Positions 31,201 to 40,702 of a stretch of 63,187 nucleotides of DNA are shown piece by piece; position 1 is the stretch's first letter, and each line of letters begins with the position of its first letter. The translations under genes were made by a program, and so were the position numbers. The stretch lies in contig CAZLWI010000001.1 in the NCBI GenBank assembly GCA_964563525.1, positions 1 to 63,187 of the forward strand, read 5' to 3'. The notes beneath the pieces were generated by a model. The model did no database searches. It was not told the origin of the DNA and saw only the letters and a list, made by a program, of their open reading frames with translations. The stretch is from an uncultured Lachnospiraceae bacterium. GTDB lineage: Bacteria; Bacillota; Clostridia; TANB77; CAG-508.

Positions 31201-33388
31201 TAGATTATCAGAAAATAAAAAGGGAGTATTTATTAGTTTAGGAAATGTTAAAGTAGGAAGTTCTACAACAAAAGATATAGTATTTAAAGCTAAGAAAGTT
31301 AAAAATGATGAACCTATAGAATTAACTGTTAATACTAAGGCAGATAATTTTGAAGCAATTAAAACAGAAAAAGCTTTAGGAAGTTCTGTTGAAGGAAAGA
31401 AACTTTCTGTATTAATAGAAAATGTTGGAGACTCAACAGACAATTCTACAGTTAATATATATCCAAATATTGAAAAACTTTATAGTATCACAGTAAAAAA
31501 TAATACAGGATATAATTATAATGAAACAACAGATAAAGTAAGTTTGGGACAAGATTTAAAGAATGTAACTTTAAAGTTAAATCTACCAAGCACATTAGAA
31601 TATGCTGAAACAGATCCGTCAGCACTATATAGAGTAGTAGAATATAATAAGATAACAAATGTGTTAACAATTCAGTTAACAGAATCTGTTTTACCAGCAA
31701 GCACAGAGACAGTTTTATTGTTACCATTAAAATTAAGAAGTAACTTACCTTCTTCATATGATAGAACATTAAAAATTTCAGGAACAGCAGCTGCTATTGT
31801 TGACAAATCAAACGAAAATATTTCTGTAGGATCAAATATTTTAACAAACTATATTGCAGAAGTATCTTTAGGAGCTTCTTTAGGAGTATATAAATTTGAT
31901 AATTATACAGGAGCAGTTTTAACAAATGTAGAAGAATATCAAGACATATTTATCAAATATACAATAAGACCAACAAGTTTTATTGCAGAAGATCACTTAT
32001 TCTTAGAAGCTACAGAAGGATTATTAATTAGAGGAGTATATAAATCAGCAACATATGGTAGACAAAAAACAGGATTAGTAATAGGAAATGTTGAAACAAG
32101 TGGAACAGGTAAAAAGACCTATGTATATCCAACATTTGTTCCGGCAAATCAGACTTTAAATGTATTTGTACATGCTCAAGTACAAGGAATTGGAGAATCA
32201 AGTTCGAAAAGTCTAAATTGCAAAATTGGATTAGTTGGAAGAACATCAGAATCTTCAACAATCAGTTTAACAATACATAAAGGTAAGGTTAAAAACAGTG
32301 TTATGACATTATTAAGTGAAGGGAAGGTAGATTTATCACCTGAAGATATGAAGAAGTTTGGTGTAGGAGCAAAAGGAGTTACTGCTACTACAAATTCTGT
32401 ATTAGGTAAAGCATGGGTTGATGAATCAATAACAGGAATACAAGCTGTAAATAGTAAAGCTTTAGGAAATGTGATAGTAGAATTAGTTGATAATAATACT
32501 AAAAAAGTTGTAGCAAGAACAAATACTGATGATAAAGGTAATTATCAATTTGATAATGTAGTTAATGGAAATTATTCAGCAGTATTTAAATATAATAACA
32601 ATAAATATATGCCAACAGCATATAATGCACAAAGTTTAGAAGGAGAAAATTCTAAAGGAATAAAAGTTAATTTAGAAGATAGAGGTAATACAGCTGTAGC
32701 AGTTACAGATGGAATTCAAGTTAATTTTAGTAGTGTAAAAAATATAGATTTAGGATTAGTAGAGAAATCAAATTTTGATTTAAGTATAGATTCTGAAATA
32801 AGTGAAGTAGAAGTTCACACAGAAAACAAAGCGATTAAGACATTAAAGTTTAATGATAGAAAAACAGTTAAAGTTGAACTAGATAGAAGTGCTTTAAACA
32901 AATCGAAAGTATTAGTTAAATATTTAGTTCAAGTTAAAAATGAAGGTGAAGTAGAAGGTAATGTATTAAAAATAAATGCATATATACCTAAGGGAATGAA
33001 TTTCGTACCAGCATATAATAAAATGTGGACACAAGACAAAGAAGGAAATGTATTTACAACTGCATTCTCAGGGAATGAAATAAAAATAGATGAAATTCAA
33101 CAAATACCTTTAATATTAGAAAAAGAAGTTAATGGTAATGAATTAGGACTATCTGTACTAGGATTGGAAATAGCAGAAGCTAAAAATAGCTTAGGATTAA
33201 CAGATAGAGACTCTACACCTAATAACAAAAATACAGAAGAAGATGATTATGTAAATGTAGAGTTAATCTTAGGATTAAATACAGGAAAGAAAATAGCATA
33301 TGTATTGTTAATAATAACTATATTAGCTGTTATTGGTACAAGCATCTTTCTCGTAACAAAAAAAATAAATGGAAAGGAGATTAGATAA
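28295..33388 (+). CDS. Giant cell-surface protein 1 (about 1697 aa): signal peptide, repeated Ig-like/DUF11-type domains, SdrD/Cna-B-like domain, C-terminal TM anchor
   Basis: Start set at the ATG after GGAGG (28286-28290). N-terminal signal MHKTILRKIIAVVILMAIILPVFG. GKAWVDES...DDKGNYQFDNVVNGNY is Cna-B/SdrD-B-like. The C-terminus LGLNTGKKIAYVLLIITILAVIGTSIFLVTKKINGK resembles a sorting signal. Confidence 0.8.
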   Translation: MHKTILRKIIAVVILMAIILPVFGTTVIAVSDEIAISQANLRTSTRFVEANLSLVRGEETFEKIVADVNDKTLNLRLFLNLKDEGYLQSGQIKVRNSENLTFEFISPEKSSDLIQSVESQTIKLNQIKGISETYLEIPIRYIGADNVDSKHLMNKFELELTGEYTNIQGNKYDLYKRSALSLSWVDRKEVEVTNKVEKYIKYEVGKEKGVVLQNLITVSNKQKEIVLPTQKIVIETNLLKIEDKLPKSVNVSVQKAGLMNVEEKIVLDKDIYKWDKENNLLTIEVENAKNADETYSAGKGQLEILVTSIYDVEDITKKYQGDLSLKLKQFVLTGDAKLTEIQKELKTSLVLDKVIGKIVAVDEEMNTKEIAKGLLYVNSKASNAQETIIKSKLKLDVSNIDVVDSLKVVENEPLYDNRNSESNLIYKTIEINKKEFDDVFGEGYIEIYSGTKNIGKIDRNILEVDNKYKFEFKEKHSNITLQTSKPIKEGEVFIEFTRSLGKSKYSISTLKDFKNLELKKNAYVIFNNEQKLLKEIKNTIKLVDAKTKISVSMNKDELSTISKNENVEFILALNNDKLISDVYGQTGIEILLPQGIKEFKLKDANILHGNGLKIQKANVVKYGNQYVLQVYLTGVQDGLSKGYLTNGTNIVLNTDIVLDQWTTSKENKLGITYFNTLSTNYEKPVIWNMTNLFVNFKQYGNGYTEGRIKYVAPKGMVLIDEFSKINKKDEKVISILQGYKEGKLDVLAGKRVVEGKIYLLNNSGSEADKTTILGRVPNRTNKNIFTNQSLGSTFDTSLVRGISSQAKGYRVYYSKNANATNDLRNMNNGWTDSMELKEVKSYLIVLDNNMKVGDLITFNYTLEVPANLEHNQQIQTYSLVEYGINTNKGNTRYYQMASPIGLSTGEGVQLKINVKADKEKVVEHENIIYTIEVKNEAKKTEAKNVESYFRIPDNLEFVGIRDDASRTQPRLSENKKGVFISLGNVKVGSSTTKDIVFKAKKVKNDEPIELTVNTKADNFEAIKTEKALGSSVEGKKLSVLIENVGDSTDNSTVNIYPNIEKLYSITVKNNTGYNYNETTDKVSLGQDLKNVTLKLNLPSTLEYAETDPSALYRVVEYNKITNVLTIQLTESVLPASTETVLLLPLKLRSNLPSSYDRTLKISGTAAAIVDKSNENISVGSNILTNYIAEVSLGASLGVYKFDNYTGAVLTNVEEYQDIFIKYTIRPTSFIAEDHLFLEATEGLLIRGVYKSATYGRQKTGLVIGNVETSGTGKKTYVYPTFVPANQTLNVFVHAQVQGIGESSSKSLNCKIGLVGRTSESSTISLTIHKGKVKNSVMTLLSEGKVDLSPEDMKKFGVGAKGVTATTNSVLGKAWVDESITGIQAVNSKALGNVIVELVDNNTKKVVARTNTDDKGNYQFDNVVNGNYSAVFKYNNNKYMPTAYNAQSLEGENSKGIKVNLEDRGNTAVAVTDGIQVNFSSVKNIDLGLVEKSNFDLSIDSEISEVEVHTENKAIKTLKFNDRKTVKVELDRSALNKSKVLVKYLVQVKNEGEVEGNVLKINAYIPKGMNFVPAYNKMWTQDKEGNVFTTAFSGNEIKIDEIQQIPLILEKEVNGNELGLSVLGLEIAEAKNSLGLTDRDSTPNNKNTEEDDYVNVELILGLNTGKKIAYVLLIITILAVIGTSIFLVTKKINGKEIR

Positions 33389-33389
33389 T

Positions 33390-36300
33390 ATGAAAAATTC
33401 AGTGTTATTAAATAGAAAGAAAATAATAATCTTTATACTATTAATTATAGGAATCATATTAGTATCTCCTATAATAGGAAAAGAAGTTTATGGAAAAACT
33501 GGTAAATTACCAGTACAATTACCAAAAGGTTTGTTTAAAGGTACGATTAGTGATGAAGTATTTAAAACATTACAACAATCTGAAAGTATTTTTACTAAAA
33601 CTACACCATATAAACAAAATGAAGCTTATAGAAAAGCTAAAGGTGAAGGAGTAGTATTACCTCCAATACAGGAGTCAACAACTTTTTGGACAACTCAAGG
33701 AACAAAAGATCAAACTTTTGAAGATAAGAAAAACTTTCAAGAAAATAAAGAAATAAAAAAGGATGGAGGAGATAGAACTTTAAATCCGGACCGCAGTAAT
33801 GGATTTGTAAGGCCATATAGTGTTAGTGATTTACATACTTTTAGAGATGCAAATTGTGCGAATAGAGTAGTTAGAGCATTTCAGAAAGTTGATTTATCAA
33901 CCACTTTGGGAATACCTGCTGATGGAGAATTAGTTAGTAGATTACAGTATTTTATTAATAAAAGGAATGAATACATAGCATCAAACTATAAATATAGTAC
34001 TGAAATTTCTGGGTCATCATTAAAATATTTAGATGATTTTGGATATACTAGATATCCAACTCAATATCCAGTTTCAAAACAAACGATGTTAGACAAATAT
34101 GGTTATACTTATACAAGTACAGCAATACCTTCATATCCTTATATTTTAACTAATATTCTTAAAGGTAATGAAGGATCAATATTAAATAAGTTAATTGTTC
34201 CTTTAAATAGTAGTCAAACACAACAAAATTTAATTACATTACCTACAAAACCAAATAGTGAAGATATTATGACGCCATTTTCAGGATATAATTTAGTAAC
34301 AAGTATAACTGAACAGATTTATTATGAAGTTACGAACGAAGCATTAAAAAGGGAGTTAGGAAATTTTGTTGATGATGATGAGGAACTAAATACAGAATTA
34401 AATAATGTAAGACATTCTGTTGCTGATACTGTGAAAAAGCCTAGAACTTTTGCTTTTTATAATAGGAGTAAAAGTGATGTATTATTATCACCACAAGCAG
34501 CATTTGCTATGGCTAATCAAAGTGAGACAACATATCCAAGTGATGCACAACTAGTACTATGGATGACTAAAGATGGTAAGTTTCAAGCCTTTCCTAATGA
34601 AAGAATAGTAAATTTTCTTATAGAAGATAATGTTGATGATGCCAATGGATTAGCTCTAAAGGCAATAAGTGAAGCTTTTGAATTATACTATAATAGATTA
34701 AAAGAGTGGAAAGCTAAAACAAAATATTATACAAAAGTATTGGGTGGAAATAGAATGTCTAATGCTGATGGTACACAAGAACTATATTATGCAAATGGAG
34801 ATAGTGATTATCAACCAAGATTTGAAAAAACAGAAAAGAAATCTATCTTTAATGGCAAATCTGAAAAATATCCAACAACAGGATCATGGTTAGTAGGACC
34901 ATATAAAGTAGATTACTTATTAAATAATGTTTCATATACAGATAAAAGAAATAAAGAAATATTAAAATACTTTGCAGGAATGACAAACATGAGTGTTTTT
35001 GGAACATATGTTAATAAGACAACAAATAAAGAAGAAGTAAAAGAAATAACAAAATGGTCATATTTTGTTCCATTACAAAAAGAGGGTAATAAAATTGCGA
35101 CTTCAGAAACACAAGTAGGATTAAAGAACACACATTTAAAATATGGTGTTCCAGAACCAAATCAAGAGTTCTATTTTGAAATACCTTATGATGAAAATTT
35201 ATTAGGAATATCAGAAGTTAAAACTAAATTTAATTATACAGATTATGATATAAAAGGACAATATTATGTTGGAGCAGGAGAGTATATAGATTTTTCTTTA
35301 GACATTGCGGTAGAAAAGTTAGAAGATATTTCAAAGCAATATAGAGATGTAAATAAACCTAGCTTTACATCTACTAGAGCACCAAACGAAGATAGATATT
35401 TAGTTAGAATGGTTTTTGATAAAGATGTATATTTAAGACCTAATGGTGCTACAAATCCTTATGCTACAGATGAATTTGTGTCATTAAACTGGAAATATGA
35501 AAATTCTAATAATAAGAAGGTTATTACAGCTTATGTACCATATAGTATGAGAGCAAGCAATATTAATAAATATGGATTTTTTTACACATATGAAGGAAAT
35601 AAGGATGTAAACAATACTGTAACAGGAGGGATACCATCATCTATTTCTTTTAGTAAAGGATATTTAGGAGATTTAAGAATAGCAGGAGCAGAAAGGTTAA
35701 GAAGCGTATCACCTATATCGACACCAAATGGTGATAAAGTAAAAGTTACAGCACAATATCTTTTCAAACCAACTGGTAGTTCGAGTGGATGGAATAAAGA
35801 GTGGGAATGTGATAAAATAGAAAATGAGTATTCTGTTGAATTTAGAACAATTGGAGGACAAAAATTTTATGTTACAATTCCACCAGTAGATCCATTGCCA
35901 GGTACTGTAATAGTTAAGAACAATATAAATAGTGTAATAGAAAATGGAAGACAAAACCTATATAGTCGTGTGATTATAGGACATGATGGAAGTGATTATA
36001 CAGGAGGATTAACACCAAGTGTAAGCTATATTTTACATAAAGCACCAGATGTGTTAATAGTGCCAAAAGCTAAATTAATTAGACGAAGCACACAAAATCA
36101 GGTTACAGTAAGTGGTAAATTAGTACAAAAGGAAGTAGAAGTAACTTTAAAAGAAAAAGTATCTACAACTTTAAAAGAACCAGATTTTGTTTTACCAATT
36201 GGTGGAAAGGTTTGGGAAGACAGACCATATGGTGATAAATTAGCAACATATAATTTTATATTACAAAAAGATAATTTAGATAATAAAGATGTATTATTAG

Positions 36301-39300
36301 AAGGAATAACAGTACATGTTAATAGATTAATAATAAGAAATAGCGATAAAGTTATTATAGAAAAACAAGGAGCTAGAGTTTACAAGAAAGATAATTACAC
36401 AACTCCAATAGGAAGAGATGAAATTAAAACAGATAAAAGTGGAGAATGGGGTAAATATTATTTAAGAGATTTAGGATTTACAATTAGTGAAAGAAATAAA
36501 GGATATACTGCAGCTACACATATAGTGAAGTTTGAATTTGAATTTAAATATAATGGAATTAAGTATACACCAGTACCACCTTTAGCAAGTCTAAAATATG
36601 ATGTAGCAAACTACACATATTTAACAGAAAAAGATGCAATAAAAGACTCAGTAGCAGTTGAAAATGTACTAGAAAGACAAAGATTTAATGCAAATATTGG
36701 TGAAATAGTTGGAGATAAAGCTATTGATACAAGTCTAAATACACAAGGTAAGTCTATAGGAGTAGCAGGAGGAATAGGAGCAGATTTAGCATTACAATAT
36801 AAAGGAAAAGAAGTTTCAGGAAGAACAGAATCTAAATTAGATGAAAACTTAGATTTCCCTATAACAGCTTCAACATTAAATACAGGATTAATGTATCCAT
36901 TAGGTGAAATTTTTGCAATAGATTCAAGTCAAGCAGACAAAAAATATGACTTAGTAATGGTAATGGAAAATGATAAAGCAGATAAGTTTAGAAACAATCC
37001 AAACATTGATATTAGAGCTGCAATAGATAATAAGTCAATTGTAGTATTCCATGAAGCTAATACTCAGATGGAAAACATTAATTTAGGATTATTAAAAAGA
37101 CAGGAAGTAGATTTAGAATTAGAAAGTGATTTAATGTTAACAGTACAATTTGTAAACAAAAAAGCTTTAGTAAATACTTTTGCAAACAAATACGATTTAA
37201 AGGTAGATCCAAATGATGGATATAATTACTTAATAAATAAGTATGGAAAAGAATATGATGATATACAATATAAATTAGATGTATATAAAGCAGACTATAT
37301 TTATAAAACAGCAATGTATCAAGATCCTGATTTAAAAGCAGCATTAGATAATGAAGCAGAAAGATTAAAGAAAGATAATAAAGATGATTCGGGAAGAGAA
37401 TTAGATATATATCTACAATATAAACAAGCCGTAACTAATCGTTCAGCAGCAGACAATGTTATACTATCAGGTTTAAATATGTATTATGATAAATCATTAA
37501 CACCTGTATTAACACCAGTAGTAAAAGAAATAGATCAAGAAGAAGTACAAAATAGTCAAGTAACTGGAAAAGTTTCAATTGCTGGAAAAAATGTAACAAT
37601 AGGAACATCTGAATTTAGAATAGTAAAACAAGATGTACCATTTAGTGGTAAGTTTGATGATGTAAAAGCAGACAATGAATATACTGATATACCTTTAAAA
37701 GGTGCATACAAATGGAGTAGTCCAACAACAGTTGAAGGTGTTAATATGATAACATCTAAGAACAATACAAATAATATTATTGTACCTTCACATAGAAGAT
37801 TTGAAGTTATAACTAATTTCAAAATAGATAATGATATGCTATATAAAGAGGGTGGAACAACATTATCAAATGCAATAAGATTAGGAAATAAACATCATTT
37901 AACAGAAATAGCAGGTTATGCTACATATAATAAATATTCAGGAATAATAACTGGTAAAATAGATAGAGATTCTGCACCAGCAAATGTTAATTTAAGATTA
38001 TTAGGATTTACAGGTGATTTAATTAATGGAAATACACCTCAAAACTTTAAGTTCTTAGAAGATGATACAGCAGTAGCACCAGTAATAGGAGTTGAATTAG
38101 AAAAATCAGCACCAAGAACAGTAAGTGGTTTAGTATGGGAAGATAAGAGAAATCAACAAACAGCAAGAGTTAATATGGGAGATGGTATATTCAATGCATC
38201 ACAAGGTGAGAAAGGAATACCAAATAAGATAATATCATTAGAAGAAAGAGTTTCAGTAAAGGCAGGAGACTTAAGTCCTGAATATAAGCAAAAGCATGGA
38301 TATAGTAATAAGATTTTAAAAGACTCAGAACATTATGTTAATATCCCATATATCTGGCCAGATAAGATTACAGGAAATGGAATTTCAATAAATAGTATGA
38401 AAACTCTAACTGGATTCCAATCATATTTAAGAACAGGAACAGATGGTAAATATAAATTTATAGGTGTACCAGCAGGTAACTTTGTAGCACAATTACCATA
38501 TATTACAGTAGGAGACAGTCATACAGAAGTATTAGGAATACTTGGTAAAGATAAAATAGAAACAACTAAAATAGTAGATGTAGCAAATAGAAATAAATCT
38601 CCACAAGTATATAATGGTCAAGACTTTAAGGTTTCAATATATAATGGTGGAACAGGAAATGTAAATGAAACATGGCTACCAACAGAACCAAAAGCAAATT
38701 ACTCATATGGTAGAGATAGTGAATATGAAAGATTTAAACAATATGATTATTCAAAACAAATAAATGGTAAAACAGGAAATGCTTTAACTATATTAAATAC
38801 AAAACATGAAAGCTTTGATGACAATACAAGAAAAATAATAGAATCAACAGCTAATATGACAGCAGAAACACCATTAATTAACTTTGGAATAGAACACTAT
38901 AGTAATATTAAGAAAAGCCCAGATTTCTATCAGAGATTTGATGGAATCTTTGGAATACCAGGAGTTACAAAAACAAAAGATGGAACTGGAAATGTAACAA
39001 AGCCAAGTGCATCAAGAGAAATTAATAATGTAAATATAGCATTAGAAGAAAGACCAAAAACTAAACTAGTATTAGATAAACAAATAAGTAGATTAACATT
39101 AAAGAATTCAGATGGTACAAAGATAGTAGATGCTAAATATAATACAACATATGATTATGAAAACATTGTAATACCTGCAGCAGACAAAAAAGTATTAGAA
39201 TCTGAAGCAGCAGATAAAAAGTATGACATAAAGAGACAAACAAATAATGGATATTCAACACCAGAATATGTATTAAAAGTTAAGACAGAAGTAGCAAAAG

Positions 39301-40487
39301 AATCATTAGAAGGTGATCGAGTAGTTCCACTTAATACAAACATCTATGCAACAAGTAAGCCATATTGGGAAGATGTAAAAGCAGCAAATAATTCATATAC
39401 AAATGCAAGAGGATGGGAAAATATTAATACAACAAGTACAGCAACAAGATCATCAAATGGATATATACATCTAAATTTTGATAAACAACTATTATCAGAT
39501 ACTAATATAGAAATTGAATATAGAGTTCAATTATACAATTTAGGTGAAGTAGATAGAAGTACAATACAAGATGCACATAAAAACAAAACATTAAAAGAAG
39601 CAGAATTTGATGAGAGAGTATCTAAATATGTTGGAGTATTTGCAAAAGGAACAGATAAAATCTCTAAACTAAATCATGAGATTGATAAAGACAAATATGG
39701 ATTTGGAAGATTCTTTGGAACAGGATATTATACAGGTAATTTTACAAAAGACAGAAATATCGGTACTTATGTAATATACAAAGATAAAGTTTCAAAATCT
39801 GGAGCAAATAAGATAATTGATTATGTAGATACAAGTGCAGTAAAAGATGACTTACAAAATGATGTTTGGACTCAAATAAAAGATCCAGCAGAATTAAAAG
39901 ACTTAGTGGTTGCATATGATAATACTGGAAAAGCTACATTTGAATTAACAAAAGATAATTTAGTAGATCCAGATGGTAAATCATATTTTGTAACAGGTGG
40001 TTCAAACATCTATGTAACAGATAAGATGAACACAAAACTAATTCCATACTATGAATTTGCAACAGCAAAAGCTAGAGGAGTTAAAGAAACAGAGATTGAT
40101 CCATGTGCAATAGGAACAACAATAGCAATTAAGAGATTATCATCTCAACAAGCTGATGAAGATTTAAGTTTTGACAACTTAGTAGAAATTATAGAATATA
40201 GTACAGAATCAGGAAGAAGATCACCATCTTCAACTTCGGGAAATGTTAATACTAGAATTTCAGAAACATTTGATGGTAAAGAACTAGAACCAGATACAGG
40301 TTTAGCATTATTAGTAACAATTACGCCACCAACTGGATTAAGTAAAGCAAGCAGAACTACATTCTCAGCACTAAACATTATATTAGTAACAATGGTAGGA
40401 ATAGGAGTGTTAGCAATAACAATAAAAGTAATATTAGATAAAAAGAGCAAATCAGATATCTTACCAAATGAATTAAGTAATGAATAG
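33390..40487 (+). CDS. Giant cell-surface protein 2 (about 2365 aa): signal peptide, unknown N-terminal region, at least two SdrD-B-like VWED domains, C-terminal xPxTG-like motif plus TM anchor
   Basis: The ATG at 33390 lies 10 nt after AAGGAG and 1 nt after the stop of protein 1. GGKVWEDRPYGD, SGLVWEDKRNQQ and TDGKYKFIGVPAGNF are present. The C-terminus is TPPTGLSKASRTTFSALNIILVTMVGIGVLAITIKVILDKKSK. Confidence 0.8.
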   Translation: MKNSVLLNRKKIIIFILLIIGIILVSPIIGKEVYGKTGKLPVQLPKGLFKGTISDEVFKTLQQSESIFTKTTPYKQNEAYRKAKGEGVVLPPIQESTTFWTTQGTKDQTFEDKKNFQENKEIKKDGGDRTLNPDRSNGFVRPYSVSDLHTFRDANCANRVVRAFQKVDLSTTLGIPADGELVSRLQYFINKRNEYIASNYKYSTEISGSSLKYLDDFGYTRYPTQYPVSKQTMLDKYGYTYTSTAIPSYPYILTNILKGNEGSILNKLIVPLNSSQTQQNLITLPTKPNSEDIMTPFSGYNLVTSITEQIYYEVTNEALKRELGNFVDDDEELNTELNNVRHSVADTVKKPRTFAFYNRSKSDVLLSPQAAFAMANQSETTYPSDAQLVLWMTKDGKFQAFPNERIVNFLIEDNVDDANGLALKAISEAFELYYNRLKEWKAKTKYYTKVLGGNRMSNADGTQELYYANGDSDYQPRFEKTEKKSIFNGKSEKYPTTGSWLVGPYKVDYLLNNVSYTDKRNKEILKYFAGMTNMSVFGTYVNKTTNKEEVKEITKWSYFVPLQKEGNKIATSETQVGLKNTHLKYGVPEPNQEFYFEIPYDENLLGISEVKTKFNYTDYDIKGQYYVGAGEYIDFSLDIAVEKLEDISKQYRDVNKPSFTSTRAPNEDRYLVRMVFDKDVYLRPNGATNPYATDEFVSLNWKYENSNNKKVITAYVPYSMRASNINKYGFFYTYEGNKDVNNTVTGGIPSSISFSKGYLGDLRIAGAERLRSVSPISTPNGDKVKVTAQYLFKPTGSSSGWNKEWECDKIENEYSVEFRTIGGQKFYVTIPPVDPLPGTVIVKNNINSVIENGRQNLYSRVIIGHDGSDYTGGLTPSVSYILHKAPDVLIVPKAKLIRRSTQNQVTVSGKLVQKEVEVTLKEKVSTTLKEPDFVLPIGGKVWEDRPYGDKLATYNFILQKDNLDNKDVLLEGITVHVNRLIIRNSDKVIIEKQGARVYKKDNYTTPIGRDEIKTDKSGEWGKYYLRDLGFTISERNKGYTAATHIVKFEFEFKYNGIKYTPVPPLASLKYDVANYTYLTEKDAIKDSVAVENVLERQRFNANIGEIVGDKAIDTSLNTQGKSIGVAGGIGADLALQYKGKEVSGRTESKLDENLDFPITASTLNTGLMYPLGEIFAIDSSQADKKYDLVMVMENDKADKFRNNPNIDIRAAIDNKSIVVFHEANTQMENINLGLLKRQEVDLELESDLMLTVQFVNKKALVNTFANKYDLKVDPNDGYNYLINKYGKEYDDIQYKLDVYKADYIYKTAMYQDPDLKAALDNEAERLKKDNKDDSGRELDIYLQYKQAVTNRSAADNVILSGLNMYYDKSLTPVLTPVVKEIDQEEVQNSQVTGKVSIAGKNVTIGTSEFRIVKQDVPFSGKFDDVKADNEYTDIPLKGAYKWSSPTTVEGVNMITSKNNTNNIIVPSHRRFEVITNFKIDNDMLYKEGGTTLSNAIRLGNKHHLTEIAGYATYNKYSGIITGKIDRDSAPANVNLRLLGFTGDLINGNTPQNFKFLEDDTAVAPVIGVELEKSAPRTVSGLVWEDKRNQQTARVNMGDGIFNASQGEKGIPNKIISLEERVSVKAGDLSPEYKQKHGYSNKILKDSEHYVNIPYIWPDKITGNGISINSMKTLTGFQSYLRTGTDGKYKFIGVPAGNFVAQLPYITVGDSHTEVLGILGKDKIETTKIVDVANRNKSPQVYNGQDFKVSIYNGGTGNVNETWLPTEPKANYSYGRDSEYERFKQYDYSKQINGKTGNALTILNTKHESFDDNTRKIIESTANMTAETPLINFGIEHYSNIKKSPDFYQRFDGIFGIPGVTKTKDGTGNVTKPSASREINNVNIALEERPKTKLVLDKQISRLTLKNSDGTKIVDAKYNTTYDYENIVIPAADKKVLESEAADKKYDIKRQTNNGYSTPEYVLKVKTEVAKESLEGDRVVPLNTNIYATSKPYWEDVKAANNSYTNARGWENINTTSTATRSSNGYIHLNFDKQLLSDTNIEIEYRVQLYNLGEVDRSTIQDAHKNKTLKEAEFDERVSKYVGVFAKGTDKISKLNHEIDKDKYGFGRFFGTGYYTGNFTKDRNIGTYVIYKDKVSKSGANKIIDYVDTSAVKDDLQNDVWTQIKDPAELKDLVVAYDNTGKATFELTKDNLVDPDGKSYFVTGGSNIYVTDKMNTKLIPYYEFATAKARGVKETEIDPCAIGTTIAIKRLSSQQADEDLSFDNLVEIIEYSTESGRRSPSSTSGNVNTRISETFDGKELEPDTGLALLVTITPPTGLSKASRTTFSALNIILVTMVGIGVLAITIKVILDKKSKSDILPNELSNE

Positions 40488-40541
40488 TATTAAAGAACAG
40501 TGATAATTTAAAACACTTAAGTAAAATATACTAAAATAAAA

Positions 40542-40570
40542 ATACAGGCATTTATGTCTGTATTTTTTTA
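40542..40570 (+). terminator. Rho-independent terminator after the surface-protein operon
   Basis: ATACAGGCA (40542-40550) pairs with TGTCTGTAT (40555-40563) across a TTTA loop, followed by T7. Confidence 0.65.
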
Positions 40571-40702
40571 TAATGTATTGTAATAGATATCTATACTTTT
40601 TGTATATTCTATTTAGATTAAAGACTTTGTATAGTATTGTTTTACTTTGACTTTCATGATATTTATGTGATAAAATTAATTTGTGTTTATGTGGAGGAAT
40701 GT

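Noticed and set aside
40637-40702. N-terminal 22-aa extension of the acyltransferase ORF (MFYFDFHDIYVIKLICVYVEEC), and similar upstream extensions at 28283, 33369, 23115, 22769 and 45760
   Set aside because: In each case an internal ATG is preceded by a good GGAGG/AAGGAG RBS at proper spacing. The extension either overlaps the upstream gene's end or promoter-like sequence, or precedes the actual signal peptide (as at 28283 and 33369).
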